This document shows, piece after piece, positions 13,690 to 26,830 of a stretch of 64,000 bases of DNA; position 1 is the stretch's first letter, and each line of letters begins with the position of its first letter. The stretch is from Octopus sinensis. Its lineage: Eukaryota. Location of the stretch: the NCBI RefSeq assembly GCF_006345805.1, contig NC_043009.1, forward strand, positions 48,484,001 through 48,548,000, written 5' to 3'. The translations under genes and the position numbers were made by a program. The notes below the pieces were generated by a model. The model searched no databases, was not told the origin of the DNA, and was given only the letters and a program-made list of their open reading frames with translations.

Positions 13690-14400
13690 TGACCTTACGG
13701 CCTGTTAGCTTGCACATCGCCTTCGCTGATCGTTGTTGGTGGTTATGTAGACGTGAGTAGACGCAGACAAGCTGCAGGGTGACATCAACCATGTGGCATC
13801 AACCATGTGGCAGTTGGTGGGAAGGAAATGGTGCGCCAGCGGCCGGATGGAAGCCTGTTTCGGGTGACTAGACTGGAACGACGAGAATTGATATTGATGC
13901 CCAAACAGGAATTGAACTTACAATGCGAGATAGTGAGTTGAGTACCCTAGTCCACGCCCCTACGTGTACACAATTTAAGTGCGTCAGTGCTAAAATCAGA
14001 AGCTTTGGGTGTGTATGGTGTACTGAAATAAGGCAGGGATATCGCCACTTGAGGTTGAACGCTTCTTTCTCGGCGTGCTAAGAATTGGAAAATCGAGCCA
14101 GCGAAGCGGTAGTTCACCGTCGTCGTCCTCAACAACTGTTGCTCGTATGTCCTAAAATGAGGAATAAATATGAGTGAACAGACTTTAGTCCTTTTTGCGT
14201 GTTATCAGCGAGCATGACGCTCGATTCTTTCTTTAACAGTTCTTAGTCCACGAGAGTAAAACCATTTGGTAGCGGAATTGTTCGAGATGCGCTCTATGAA
14301 ATCATTCACCTCACACGTATCTCAGTATTCACAGTTGTTTGTGGACCTAAGTCGAACAGCTGATGTCACGTGAAGGACGGATCCGGCTGTCGACCAAGGA
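13690..14400 (-). mobile_element. Possible highly degenerate Gypsy integrase C-terminal remnant
   Basis: Frameshifted similarity to Gypsy integrase tails (FIPH..R.DD...PLR, FQFLARRE, STDALK, GRKVI); weak and judged by eye. Confidence 0.3.
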
Positions 14401-14464
14401 CTCCATTGAGATCACTCTATGGTCCTTCGTTAATAATGTTGTGCAGGCATTTTCCCACTATCAG

Positions 14465-14515
14465 ATGTCCCTTGCAAACAAAGAATGCGTAATGGTCTGA
14501 AACTGAAGGAATTAA
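14465..14515 (+). CDS. Candidate 51-nt phase 1-1 exon (VPCKQRMRNGLKLKEL)
   Basis: Acceptor TTTTCCCACTATCAG, donor A|GTAAGG; only one frame is open and it joins the 15042 candidate in frame. No homology recognised. Confidence 0.25.
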
Positions 14516-15041
14516 GTAAGGCACTACCCATTCGATCAAACACTGATCAATATTCTCAAGTTTTACTAGTTAAGTGAGGGTGGAAATTGAAGTATTGCCC
14601 TAAAGTGAAAGTTTTAAAAGCTGGGTAACTGTACCGAAACTGAAGTTAATGACAGGTCCCAATTTCTCCTTCCTGAAACACTCACGGGAATAAACTCTGT
14701 TGTACTACTTTGACATGTAAACTCCGCGTACTAAATATATCTTACAGAGTTTAATGAAATTTAGCAAGAATTTACTTCGAGACTTTTCAAATGCATCTAA
14801 TTGCATTTCTCCCTGACATTTAAAATTGGCAATCTATTACTGTCAAATCAGATCTAATTTTTCCTAATCCGTTGTTGCTCCAAATACAAGTACCGTTCAT
14901 ACCAGAAAAAAAGAGCTATCGTTCTGGATCCTCTCATACCGAACGATGACACAAAAATTAAGAAATTCGGTCCTGGGCTTTAGGAGCGTTGCCTAAAAGC
15001 AAACGTGTTGAAAGGATTACACGTTTATTGTTTCTCTCTAG

Positions 15042-15062
15042 CTCTGACGATGAATTTACAAA
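15042..15062 (+). CDS. Candidate 21-nt microexon
   Basis: TTTATTGTTTCTCTCTAG|CTCTGACGATGAATTTACAAA|GTAAGT: good acceptor and consensus donor, frame-preserving length. Confidence 0.35.
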
Positions 15063-15907
15063 GTAAGTGGAATCTACGCAAGCAACGCTTTATTTTTGCG
15101 ATTTTAGCTCTGGCGCATATTGACAACACTAATTTCATTCGACGAACGATAACAACATAAACGCTTGCGCACTCGCACACACAATCACACTCACACACAC
15201 ATACACACACGCTAGCACAGACATACATACATATACATGCATGCACTGAACGAAGTACACTCTGTATGCGTAGGAAGGGTTTCCCCACGGTTATCCTCCT
15301 TAAGATTTTACACACAACCCTTGTTCATATATGGTGTGGGAAAATGTACGTATAAACCTCATTCGCATTTGTGATGTTTGACATCTTGTATAGTAAATGA
15401 TGAGTTTCCATTGTAAATAAAAACAAACATATACACATACATACACATACACACGTACGCATACATACGTACGTACATACATACATGCATAAATATTTAC
15501 ATATATATATGCATATATTGTATATAAGCATGTCTATATATGTATATATATATATATATTATATATATATGCACATGAATATATATATATGTAATATATA
15601 TATGCAATTTAAGTACGTATTCTTGTGTGTATGTATATCTATCAACATATCTTCATGTATATATGTAACAGACATGTATGTATGTATGTGTGTGGGGGGT
15701 GCACTTGTATGTGTGTATACTTCCTTTCCCTTGTCACGTCAACTATTTCTCATGTACGTAGGCTCACTTCAATATATTCTTTTCAGTAGCCGTTCAGATT
15801 TTCGCTAGAATGTGTTGTTCGACCCAATGTATTTCTGTCTGCTATTGACAGTTGTACATGGCAAACATTGCATTGTTAATAGGTCTATTGTTTCGATTTG
15901 TTTTCAG

Positions 15908-15990
15908 CATCAACTGCATATCATACTCTGACTGAACGCAAGCCAAAGAAGCGAATGCTACGTGTTTGTCGGAATTGCAAGAGATATTAA
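15908..15990 (+). CDS. Candidate terminal coding exon (TSTAYHTLTERKPKKRMLRVCRNCKRY*)
   Basis: Acceptor GATTTGTTTTCAG, phase 1 frame open to TAA at 15988-15990, followed by about 1.4 kb of microsatellite-free DNA containing AATAAA motifs. Confidence 0.3.
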
Positions 15991-17971
15991 CCAACGTTAC
16001 TTACAGAATGCGTATACAAAGAAAGTTTTCAATGTTATAAAATCCTAACAAAGCACAGTGTCGCAAAAACAGAAAAAATGTTTTCTCTATACTTTAGAAA
16101 ACTTTTCTAACTCATGCTCAAACATTTCCCCTTCAACCACAAATATCACAAGCTATTTTGTAAAATAAATGCAAATGATGAAGCTGCATTAATTAAATCG
16201 ACACGGCTAGAACTTGAATTAATAGAAGTTATAGAACTTAGAATAAAGTAAATCCGCACCATAAACAAAACTTCATCAAGAATGTAAACCCTTTAGATAG
16301 AACATTTTCTAATATAAGCTGCTTATTGAGCAAATGTGTTTTAAGCAGCTGCATAACGAAAAAAAAAAACATCACATTCACCAAAAACACGTTTAAGAGC
16401 AGGAATACTTACCACACTCACTCATTCAGATTGAAGATCGAGAAATATATGAAAATCAACAACACTGTTTTGCTATGTCTAGAGTCCGAAAAAGAAAATG
16501 CTTAAATCCAATAACATTTCCTGGTCAGATCCTTACATTGCAGTTCCCTACGTAAACGTGTCTAAAATGCTTGTTGCAACTGGTTACCTCTCACAGAATA
16601 CATATACTCCATATGAGATGCAGAATTATAAATTAGGTTGTATATCTAAATGCAGTCACGAATAGATGCATATTTAAGGTAAATCCAGATTCACATAGAA
16701 CTACACCTTACATTCCAAAATTTACTGTATGATAATGAACGCAAATATATTTTCCTAATATAAATGTAAGTGTGGCTCAACCACATACCCCAAATGTCCA
16801 TCATGTTCTTTGATATGTTCGGTTTAACGCAGTATTCTGTTCGATTTTTTCTCTCTCTTTTGTTAATAAAAAAAATCTAAAATCATAAAGGCCACCATAT
16901 CAATAGATATACAAATAGCATACAGTCGTTGCATTTGTCTGTCATATCCATTGCTGTGCGTCTTCAAGATACGAATTGTATTACTCTGTTACGTCGACAC
17001 AGCCAATAATGTGCAAGCTGAAATTTTGCATAGGCTTCACTAATAAGGCGCATATTTTGATCCTTGTGGACTTCTAAGCTCTCGCATTGCTTTTAATCTA
17101 TCTCTTTAACAATATGTTTTAGCATGCCTTCAACACCAATACCTATTGATGCTATTTTTATTCCCGTGCCCTACTAATGCTCGCTAATTTCAGTTTTAAA
17201 GTTCCGTGTAGCTTCATAATTTTTCCGTGTGATATTTCGCTCAGAAAGGGATCGAAATTTTAATCATTGTACACAAAGTTTCGTTTAACTACCTTCACAA
17301 TTTACATCGATTTTCTCAGCCTAGTATGGCATGTCTCATATGATAGTGACTAAGCCGTTGGCATATACAAACTTTGGCACAGGCTTGTACTGCCTCTCTT
17401 TGCATATTCTCGTACATGTAAACTATGTTTTGTGAGCTCTCTGTTTTGTTACTGACTACATATCTTAATAAACGTTCAAATGGATTTATCCATACACGTA
17501 CATATAACATAGAGTAATTATATTACTTCAATAACCGTATACGTGTCCAGATGCATATATAGGCTTTATAAATGTTTTCACTGAATTTATTGAGTACTTT
17601 GATTTACATTGCACTTGGCAGTTGGCTCCGACTTTTAAACGAGATCATGCAGATAACTTTATGTGTGTATGTCAGTGTGTGTGTGTGTGTGGTGGTGTGT
17701 GTGTGGTGTGTGTGTGTGTGTGTGTGCGTACCTGTCTATGTGTACATATATATGTACGCATGTATGTAAGTATATGTATATATACTTATAGTTATGTATG
17801 TATATGCGCATATATATGAGGTTTGTAAATATGTTTTATATATATGTATATATATATATATACATATACATATATAAATTTTTATATATGCGTATATATA
17901 TACACACATATATATATACATGTCCATATATATATACATATATATATATGCCTATATATGTATATACATAG

Positions 17972-18007
<36 letters not shown>

Positions 18008-18499
18008 GTATATATATATATATATCCATACTTATAAACAAGCATGTAATGAGAGTCGCTTACACGAAATGTGTGCTTACTTTGTGGCCATTTTGCCATT
18101 CTTATTATTAGTTTTATTCGTCTTCTGTAATTATGAATGGGACAAATGCATGAGTTACCTGTAAATCCCTATAAAGGAGCTATGAAGAATCTCATATCAC
18201 GCCTGAATTTCTTCTTCATAAGTTCTTTAATACTCCCAATAATACAATATAATAGGTAGTGAATCATAAAGTAGAGTTTTCTTTCCCTTTTACCAATATA
18301 ATGCTAGATTAGAAAGAGATAGCTATCACATATATTGCTTCCAGAACGGGATAGTATTCAGTATAAAGAGACACAAATGGCAGAGCATTAAAGATTATCT
18401 TATGGAAGAGAAAAATCTATAATTATTAGACTTAATATAAGTATATATCATTTACATATCTTAATACATACACAAATACATACATATCCATGTATATAT

Positions 18500-18533
<34 letters not shown>

Positions 18534-18543
18534 CATATCCATG

Positions 18544-18587
<44 letters not shown>

Positions 18588-19954
18588 CACACATATACAT
18601 GGGGATACACACACACATGCATGTCATTTACATATTTTCCTAATTTGTTGTGGTATGTTTTTTGTTTTTTTAAATATTAAAAGATGAAAAAAAAAAGAAT
18701 CACAACACTTTCATGCATAAAAGACATAACCGCATATGAGTCAACATCAGAGGCTGTATACGGTGTCTTGATCTATTATAAACAGCAACCAAATATCCGC
18801 CTAATCATGCCCTGCTGCTTTGAAATATTAGTAACACATTTGATAATGCTATCCTAGGTATATTGTGTGCACAAAAATATGGGATAATCGTCGAGGAAGC
18901 GTGCTTGACCGTACATGCGCACGGTTAGGGCGGACTCGGAGATAAACTACAACAGCAAAAGTATTGAATTTGAAGGGTTTGGGTTCACCACATGGTTGAA
19001 TTCTTGTTGTTGATTGGAGGCTTGTGAACCTCAGTAAACATAAGGATTATGTCCTCGAATCGCATGCTTCTATAGTCGTTCTTTTTAAGGTGGACAGATC
19101 TGGGGATAAATGACAGATTACTATAGACCACTATTTCCAGAGGAAAAAAGTAGCTGTATACAGGTACGATACTCCTTCCAAGAAAAAAGTAAATTTCAAG
19201 AAGTATCGATGACAATTCAGAATCAACGAAACCTGAGAGAAGAATGTTTTTTTTTTATAGGGAAATAGAAAAGACAGTACAGATAGAAAAGCAAAAAAGA
19301 CCGACTAGAATCGAGAAACATTGAAGAAAATTCATCGATGACCGATGTCCCCAAGAGTGACGGGAATAAGGAAGCAAGTAATGGTTCTGGGTACGCTAAG
19401 AAGATAAAACGTTTGAGAGAAAAATGCGATTGTCACGACAGGAATTTCTATGACCATACGGTGTCTGATGTGGACTGACCTACAATAAAGAATAAAGGCC
19501 AGATTAATATAGACATTTCCAGAGAGGGAAAACAGGTGTATGTAGGGCCAATGCGAAGAAAAAAAGCAAATTTAAAGAGGCACCTATAACAGTTCAGAAC
19601 CATCGAAATCTGAGAGAAAAATGCCTTTCTACAAGGAAACAGAAAAGCAGGGATCCAACTGGAGGGAGACAGAAAAGAATGACAATAGCAACAGGAATAT
19701 CGAATCTCCAAAGATTCCAAGTAGACTCAGAAGATATAGTATCTAAAAATAATCTGAGACAATTCATAATTGAAATACTTTGGATTATTGGATTTGGACT
19801 GAGTTGTATCTAAACAGTTGCAACAAGAATATCGACTCTCAAAGAAATCTGGTTGATCTCAGATGCAACACCTCATACCGTTAAACTGACCGGCGAAACA
19901 CTAAAACGCTCTACTCTAGATGACAATAAGTAATCGGCAGAACTTACATATATA

Positions 19955-21229
19955 TCAGGTCATCCCATAAGTTCTGTTCGATTTTACCTTTTTTAAAAGT
20001 GAATGAAATTTAATAGCATTTTAGAATGTCTAATGGAATTAAAAATTATTTTTAAGCATTTGTGTACATTTAAACTAATTAAATATTATTTTACAGAACA
20101 ACTGAATTAAAATTTCTTTGATGAAAACCCCTTCTAACATGGAAGTATCCAAAGAGCATTTAAGGCACATAATGCTTTATGAGTACCAAAAAAGGAAACT
20201 CTGCAGCCGAAGCGACTCGAAACATACATTCCGTTTATGGGAAAGAATGCTTGAATGAAACAACTTGCAGAAGATGGTTTGCAAAATTCAAAAGTGGAGA
20301 TTTCAGCCTTGAAGATGAAGATCGAACAGGACGTCCAGTTGAGTTTGGTGATAAACTTCTTGAGGCATTACTTGAAGAAAATCCTGCATTATCAGTTGAA
20401 CCATACAACTTTTCATCGTCATCTTCAAAAACTTGGAAAGGTTCCTCAACTTGGAAAGGTTCCTCAACTTGGAAAATGTGTGCCTCATGAATTGTCCGAA
20501 ATCAACCGCAAATCCGGAGTTGACGTCTGCTCTTCTCTCCCTTCTCGCGAGCTCATTTCACCCTTTTTGGATAGACGTGTGACTGGCGACGAAAAATGGA
20601 TCTTCTTTCGAAATGTTAAACGTCGTAAAGAGTAGCTTGGTAAAAGGGAAAAAGCTCAACCACAATAGAGAAGGGAACTTCATGAAAAAAAGTTTCTTCT
20701 CTCTATCTGGTGGGATTTCAAAGGAGTAATTCACTTTGAATTGTTACTACCTAATGCAACGATCAATGCTCAACTCTACTGTCAGCAATTAGAGCGTTTG
20801 GACCAAGCTTTGAAGAAAAAAAGACCCGCTTTAGTGAATCGAAAAGGAGTGATGTTTCATCAGGACAATGCGCGACCCCACATTGCAATGATCACATAAA
20901 AGAAGATCGAAGAGCTTGGCTGGGGAAAAAATTCCTCATCCACCTTATTCTCCCGACCTTGCTCCTTCAGACTATCATTTGTTTCGTAGCTTACAGAATC
21001 ATTTTGGGGAAGAAAACTTTCGCAAGCCAGGAGAAGGTCGAAACTGACAGTTCAGAATTCTTCGCTTTGAAACCAAAAGAGTTTTACATTGATGGGATTA
21101 AAAAATAGATGGAAGGAAGTCATAGATAATCAGGGTAAGTACATTGATGATTAAATTCCAATTAAATATAACATTTGATCACTTGTTTTCTTTATTCAAA
21201 ATTCGGACAGAACTTATGGGATGACCTGA
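19955..21229 (+). mobile_element. Full-length mariner (DD34D) transposon with inactivated transposase
   Basis: TIR TCAGGTCATCCCATAAGTTCTGT(T/C)CGA at both ends, TA at 19953-54 and 21230-31, length 1275 bp. Motifs MEVSKEHLRHIML, CVPHEL, VTGDEKW, HQDNARPH and YSPDLAPSDYHLF are present. Confidence 0.97.
20139..21154 (+). pseudogene. Mariner transposase pseudogene
   Basis: ATG at 20139 to TAA at 21152-54, with several frameshifts, in-frame stops (e.g. TAG 20633-35) and an extra 18-bp tandem copy (AACTTGGAAAGGTTCCTC) near 20430. Confidence 0.93.
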
Positions 21230-21559
21230 TAATTGTTTTGATATCATATCTTTACAGAATTACACCATATTCGTCTGAATGAAGAATTTAGAAGTTAAGG
21301 TTGCATCATAAATTAATAGGAAATTTTGACGGAAAAGAAAAACTGATTTTTTATTGAAGACGGGTATTTAAGGAAGACGGGTACTATAGCATCTTCGCAT
21401 ATGAAGTAATTTTTTTCTACATATAACTCATTACCAGGAATTGGGTTCATATCTGTTAGGAGCATGGGAGAGAAGGGGTACTAATTGGTAGTGAGTTTCT
21501 AAAATCATTACCACATCAGACAAATTAACTAGTCGACAATCGGAAATAGAATGTCGGTA

Positions 21560-21770
21560 GAATCGGTAGAGATTCAAGGCGGGTAAAAAAAAATTCGCGG
21601 TATTTCGTGTCTTTTCGTTCTGAGTTCAAATTCCGCCGAGGTCGACTTTATCTTTCATCCTTTCTTTCGGAGTCGATGAATTAAGTACCAGTTGCCTATT
21701 GGGTCGATCTAATCGACTGGTCCTCGCCCCCCAAAATTTCGGGCCTTGTGCCTAGAGAAGAAAAGAATCA
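21560..21770 (+). mobile_element. SINE family B
   Basis: GAGTTCAAATTCCGCCGAGGTCGACTTT core, GGGCCTTGTGCCTAGA tail. Confidence 0.8.
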
Positions 21771-22309
21771 GCAGCGTTAAATTATGCCTTTTTTAATTTT
21801 CTAATTTCAAATAATATCTTTGTTGACCTATCTCTTTATTTTCAAAGATCGATAATATAATCATTATTTCATAGCTGTATTGGTTAAATAGACTAACCCA
21901 TTCAAAATATGCTGTCTTGTGGCTGATGTAGGAATCACTCAACTGTGTGATATCAACAGGGCGTCCATATCCTTCACTCTTTTCCAACATAAGCCCGATG
22001 ATAGGGAGGAGGGGAAAGTGATAGACTTCGCGCAAAGTTTTAGTATGTCGACACGGTGAGATGCCGATGTACGACATCTGAGTGAATAATATATCCATTT
22101 CATTTGTGACACGAAAAATAGAAGAGTACACATGGCACACTGGTACTGAATGTGTGTAAATTCTATCTTTGTTTTACATACATTCATACGTATATACAAA
22201 CGAAATTATACATATATGTATATATATATATATACATATACACACACGTACATGCAAACAAACACGTCTGAATATATACGGAAATATATAATATATATAT
22301 ATATATATA

Positions 22310-22346
<37 letters not shown>

Positions 22347-22471
22347 TATATATACTTATATATATACTTATATATATATATATACATACATAAATATATA
22401 TATAAGAATATATGCTAAATATATTCATATATGTGTATAGAAAAGTATGTATATATACGTACACACACATG

Positions 22472-22548
<77 letters not shown>

Positions 22549-22588
22549 TATATCATAATATAAATATTATATATGATATAAATATATA

Positions 22589-22632
<44 letters not shown>

Positions 22633-23178
22633 GTTTTGGGTTTGTCCGTTTGTACTACTGGAACAAATTTGTCAGAGATTGAATACAATATTAACATGAG
22701 CAGCGCCTGCGCGCGTACACACACACTCACACACACGTACTCACACATACACACATACAACACACTCACATACATACAAATACACAAAAAGGCACGCACT
22801 CACATACACACACACACAAACACACGAAACCACATACACAGAAAAAGTGATACTATTCTCATGTATTCATCTATTTCAGACATATGTTATATTTCTTGCA
22901 TTGTTCTGGGGAAACATTCTGGCAATCTATTTTGTATTCCAACAGACCAGGCTAACAGAGGCGTGGAAGATATTAATAACACGAAAATGTCCATTGTGTT
23001 GTAAGTAAAACCGGTGAGATACTACATATCGTGTTGTTTGCGGGATTTTATACTGCAGAGATATATAACTAGCACCGCCATATATGTGTATGCATTTCTG
23101 TGTATATGTGAATAAGTATGTTCAGAGATATTTATGCATATATATGCATCTCTCTTTTTCTTTCTCTCTAAATATATA

Positions 23179-23261
<83 letters not shown>

Positions 23262-23510
23262 ATATATATATATAGATATATATATATATATATATATATG
23301 CATATATATATATATCTGTATTTATATATGCATATATAAATGCGTATATTAATATACGTACCATTTATTGCACATTTGTTCTTTAGCACTTCATACATAC
23401 ACATATATCTACATACATACATCTAAATATGCTTACATACATACATATATATATATGTGCGTATGTGTGTATATATATACATATACATATATATATATAT
23501 ATATACACAG

Positions 23511-23541
<31 letters not shown>

Positions 23542-23787
23542 TACACACACACGCACATATATATATATATATATATTTCGTGTTGGTGGGTGTGTACGTA
23601 TATATAAATGCATGTGCAGGTTCGTGTGCTTACTGTACATGTATGGAAATGTGTACGTATCTGCGTGTGTGTGTCCAAACATATCTACATAAATATATAA
23701 ATATATGGATGCACGTACATATACATATGCTAATATACGTACATACACATGTGGGCGTATATGTGAGTATGTACGTATATAGAAAAT

Positions 23788-23853
<66 letters not shown>

Positions 23854-24141
23854 TATATACATATATATATATATACATATAATATACATATGTATATATA
23901 TATATATATAATATTTTTGGTGTTCTGTTGGCTAATATGCATAGAAAAGTTTGTCTATACATACAGCATTGTTAAAGTATTCAAACGCAGAAAGGGCCGT
24001 TATAAAGGAATAAGAACTTATTCACACTTGCTGATTTCATCAGTTATTCCTGTGTTCTTTACAAATAATCTTTTATGTGCATCCTTACGCGTTTGTTTAT
24101 GCGTCTATTGTGTGTCTGCGTCAGTCTTTACGCCTGCTTCC

Positions 24142-24172
<31 letters not shown>

Positions 24173-24689
24173 GTGTGTGTGTGTGTGTGTACATATATGT
24201 GTGTGTTTGCATATGTGGTTGTGTATTAAAGAAACGAATTATCTATAAAGCAGTTTTAAAGATTAAAGTTTATATATAGCGATCATTATACACATCTAAT
24301 ATCTGTTGAGATTTTTGGAAATAGAATTACCTGTAGCTAATTTCCTGTTTAATACCGTATGGTTCACAAAGTATCAAATGCTGTTGTATTCAGGTATATT
24401 AACTGCATTGCTGTAGTATGTTTGTGAATTATGTCGTAGACATGGCATCTTGTTTTAAATTATTAACAACTCTAATCTAATGTTGGATTAAATAACAGCT
24501 CCAATATTGGATGACTAAGGGAAGCACAAGGCTTGGAAGCTGTACTCTTAGAAATATTGGTTTTGAAATGAAAGACCCGTGGTTATAATTGTCCGAATAG
24601 CGTTGATTTTCGACCTGCGTCAACGGAGCTGGCGTGGGGCTAAACAGCAAGAACACAACAGCAACAAGCAATCCTAAACTTTTTTGAGT

Positions 24690-26290
24690 GGGGACTAGTC
24701 TATTACGTCGACCCCAGTATTCAACTGGTACTTATTTTATCGTCTCCGTAAAAAGTAAAAGACAACGTCGACCTCATCGGAATTAGAACTCAGAGGAGAT
24801 GAGGCTGAGCATTTTGCCAACTCGCCGCCTTAACAACGACTAGTAATCCTTTTCACAATGGGTACATGGAAGCGGCTTGTCGTTTATATTGACCCCCAGC
24901 TGGTAATTATCGATACGAAAAGGATGAAAGGTAAAGTCTAACTCGGCGAAATTTGAACTCAGAACGTAAAGACAACTGAAATGCCTCTGAGTATTTTTGT
25001 CCAGTGTGCTAATGATCATGCCAGCTCAGCGCCTAAGCAACAACTAATGATGAACGCTCAAATACAAACTAGTTTGATGCGTTGACAGAGTTTTGCATCG
25101 CTGGATAGAAAAAATAAAAACCTCACGTCAGTTGTTCCGATTAGGAGTCGAGCTGACATAGTTATTACAGAGCCGGACAAAATGTAGAGACGCATTTCTT
25201 CCGGTGTTATTGGTTTTGAGTTCAAACGTTGCTGCGATTGACTGTACCGTTTGTCAGGTATAGTTCGGTAAAGTAAGTACCAGCTGAGCATGTGATTCGA
25301 GGTAAACGACTAAGCTTTCAGGCCTTGTGACTGTAGTAGAAAGTGCCATATATTCCAACTCGCCCAAAAGGCGGTGAATCAGTACAATCACTAGCATGTT
25401 GGACAACATGCTTAGTATCTTTTCTTCCGGCTTTTTATCTTCTAAGTTCAAATCCTGCCGAGGTAAACATTACTGTGCATTTTCTCGGTTCGATAAAAAA
25501 AAATATTACTAAAGCGCTGATGTCGATATAATTGACTTGTCCCTTCATTCACAATTACAAACCTTTTACTGCAAAATTAGGAAGGGTATTTTGCTTCGAC
25601 TCTCAGAGTGCTGACTCTGTCGTGGACAACCTTCCTTTTCATTTTGGTGTTGATAAAAAAGTACGAATCAAGGACAGAAAATTGCTGAAACTCGAAGAGC
25701 AGAAATCGGAATGCTTTTGGAGATATTTATTTCGGTTGTTTGCGTTTCAAGACCAAAGGCTCTGAAAACATAAGTACCAATATAATTCAAAGCGGTGGAT
25801 ATTATGTTGGATAACATCGGTAGCCTGGAGAAGGAGAGACTTATATGTAATTGAAGTCTTCCACCAAAAACCTGAACAAGCCTCCGTTTACCTATTCAGA
25901 TACACGACTAACTTGGTCGATGAAGGCCCGAGGAACTGTAGCATCAACCTATCCATTAAAGTGTGCATATATTTAATTTTGCTGATTGTCTTGACAATAG
26001 AGCAATGATTATAGGAGCATGGTTGGAGGGAGATTTCGCAACTCTTTGCAGTGTGTTCTGTGACAACTTAGACACGACAATATTGGTTTCAAATTTAGGT
26101 AGGATGCTAGTAATTTGGTGGGAAGGGAAATGTCGATTACATTGACCTCAGTGCTCAACTGCTACTTATTTTATCGATCCCGAATAGATGAAAGGCAAAG
26201 TCTACCTCGGCGAAATTTGCACTCAGGACTGTAAAGACGGTCAAAATGCCGCTAAGCATCAAACCCGGCGTGCTAACGATTCTGCCATCT
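24690..26290. mobile_element. Cluster of old SINE family B copies in mixed orientation
   Basis: Recurring GATGAAAGG(C/T)AAAGTC..CTCGGCGAAATTTGAACTCAG at about 24760, 24930 and 26190, and forward-type fragments near 25200-25480. Confidence 0.65.
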
Positions 26291-26512
26291 TGCTGACGAA
26301 ACCATCTTGTACGTAATATTTGCATCATTTTCGAAGATGCGCATTGAGTTGCTCAACCGAAAGAAAACCTGCTCACTGTAATAATGTCTAAGTGGCTGAG
26401 TATTCTACAGACATCTGGCAGAATCAGGCTGATATCATGTTTGGCAAAAGCTGGGCATTTGAATTATAGGTACAAACCATCCAGCAGGTTTCCACAGAGT
26501 TTCTATTTATAT

Positions 26513-26830
26513 AGGCGGAGGAGTGGCTGTGTGGTAAGTAGCTTGCTTACCAACCACATTGGTCCGGGTTCAGTCCCACTGCGTGGCAGCTTGGGCAAGT
26601 GTCTTCTACTATAGCCTCAGACCGACAAAAGCCTTGTGAGGGGATTTCGTAGATTGAAACTGAAAGAAGCCCGGCGTATATATGTATATGTATATGTGTG
26701 TGTATGCTTGTGTGTTTGTACTTGTCCCCCAAGCATTGCTAGACAACCGATGCTGGTGTGTTTATGTCCCGGTCACTTAGCGGTTCGGCAAAAATACCGA
26801 TAGAATAAGTACTGGGCTTACAAAGAATAA
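26513..26830 (+). mobile_element. SINE family A, 3'-truncated
   Basis: GGCGGAGGAGTGGCTGTGTGGTAAGTAGC head through AAGTACTGGGCTTACAAAGAATAA. Confidence 0.88.
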
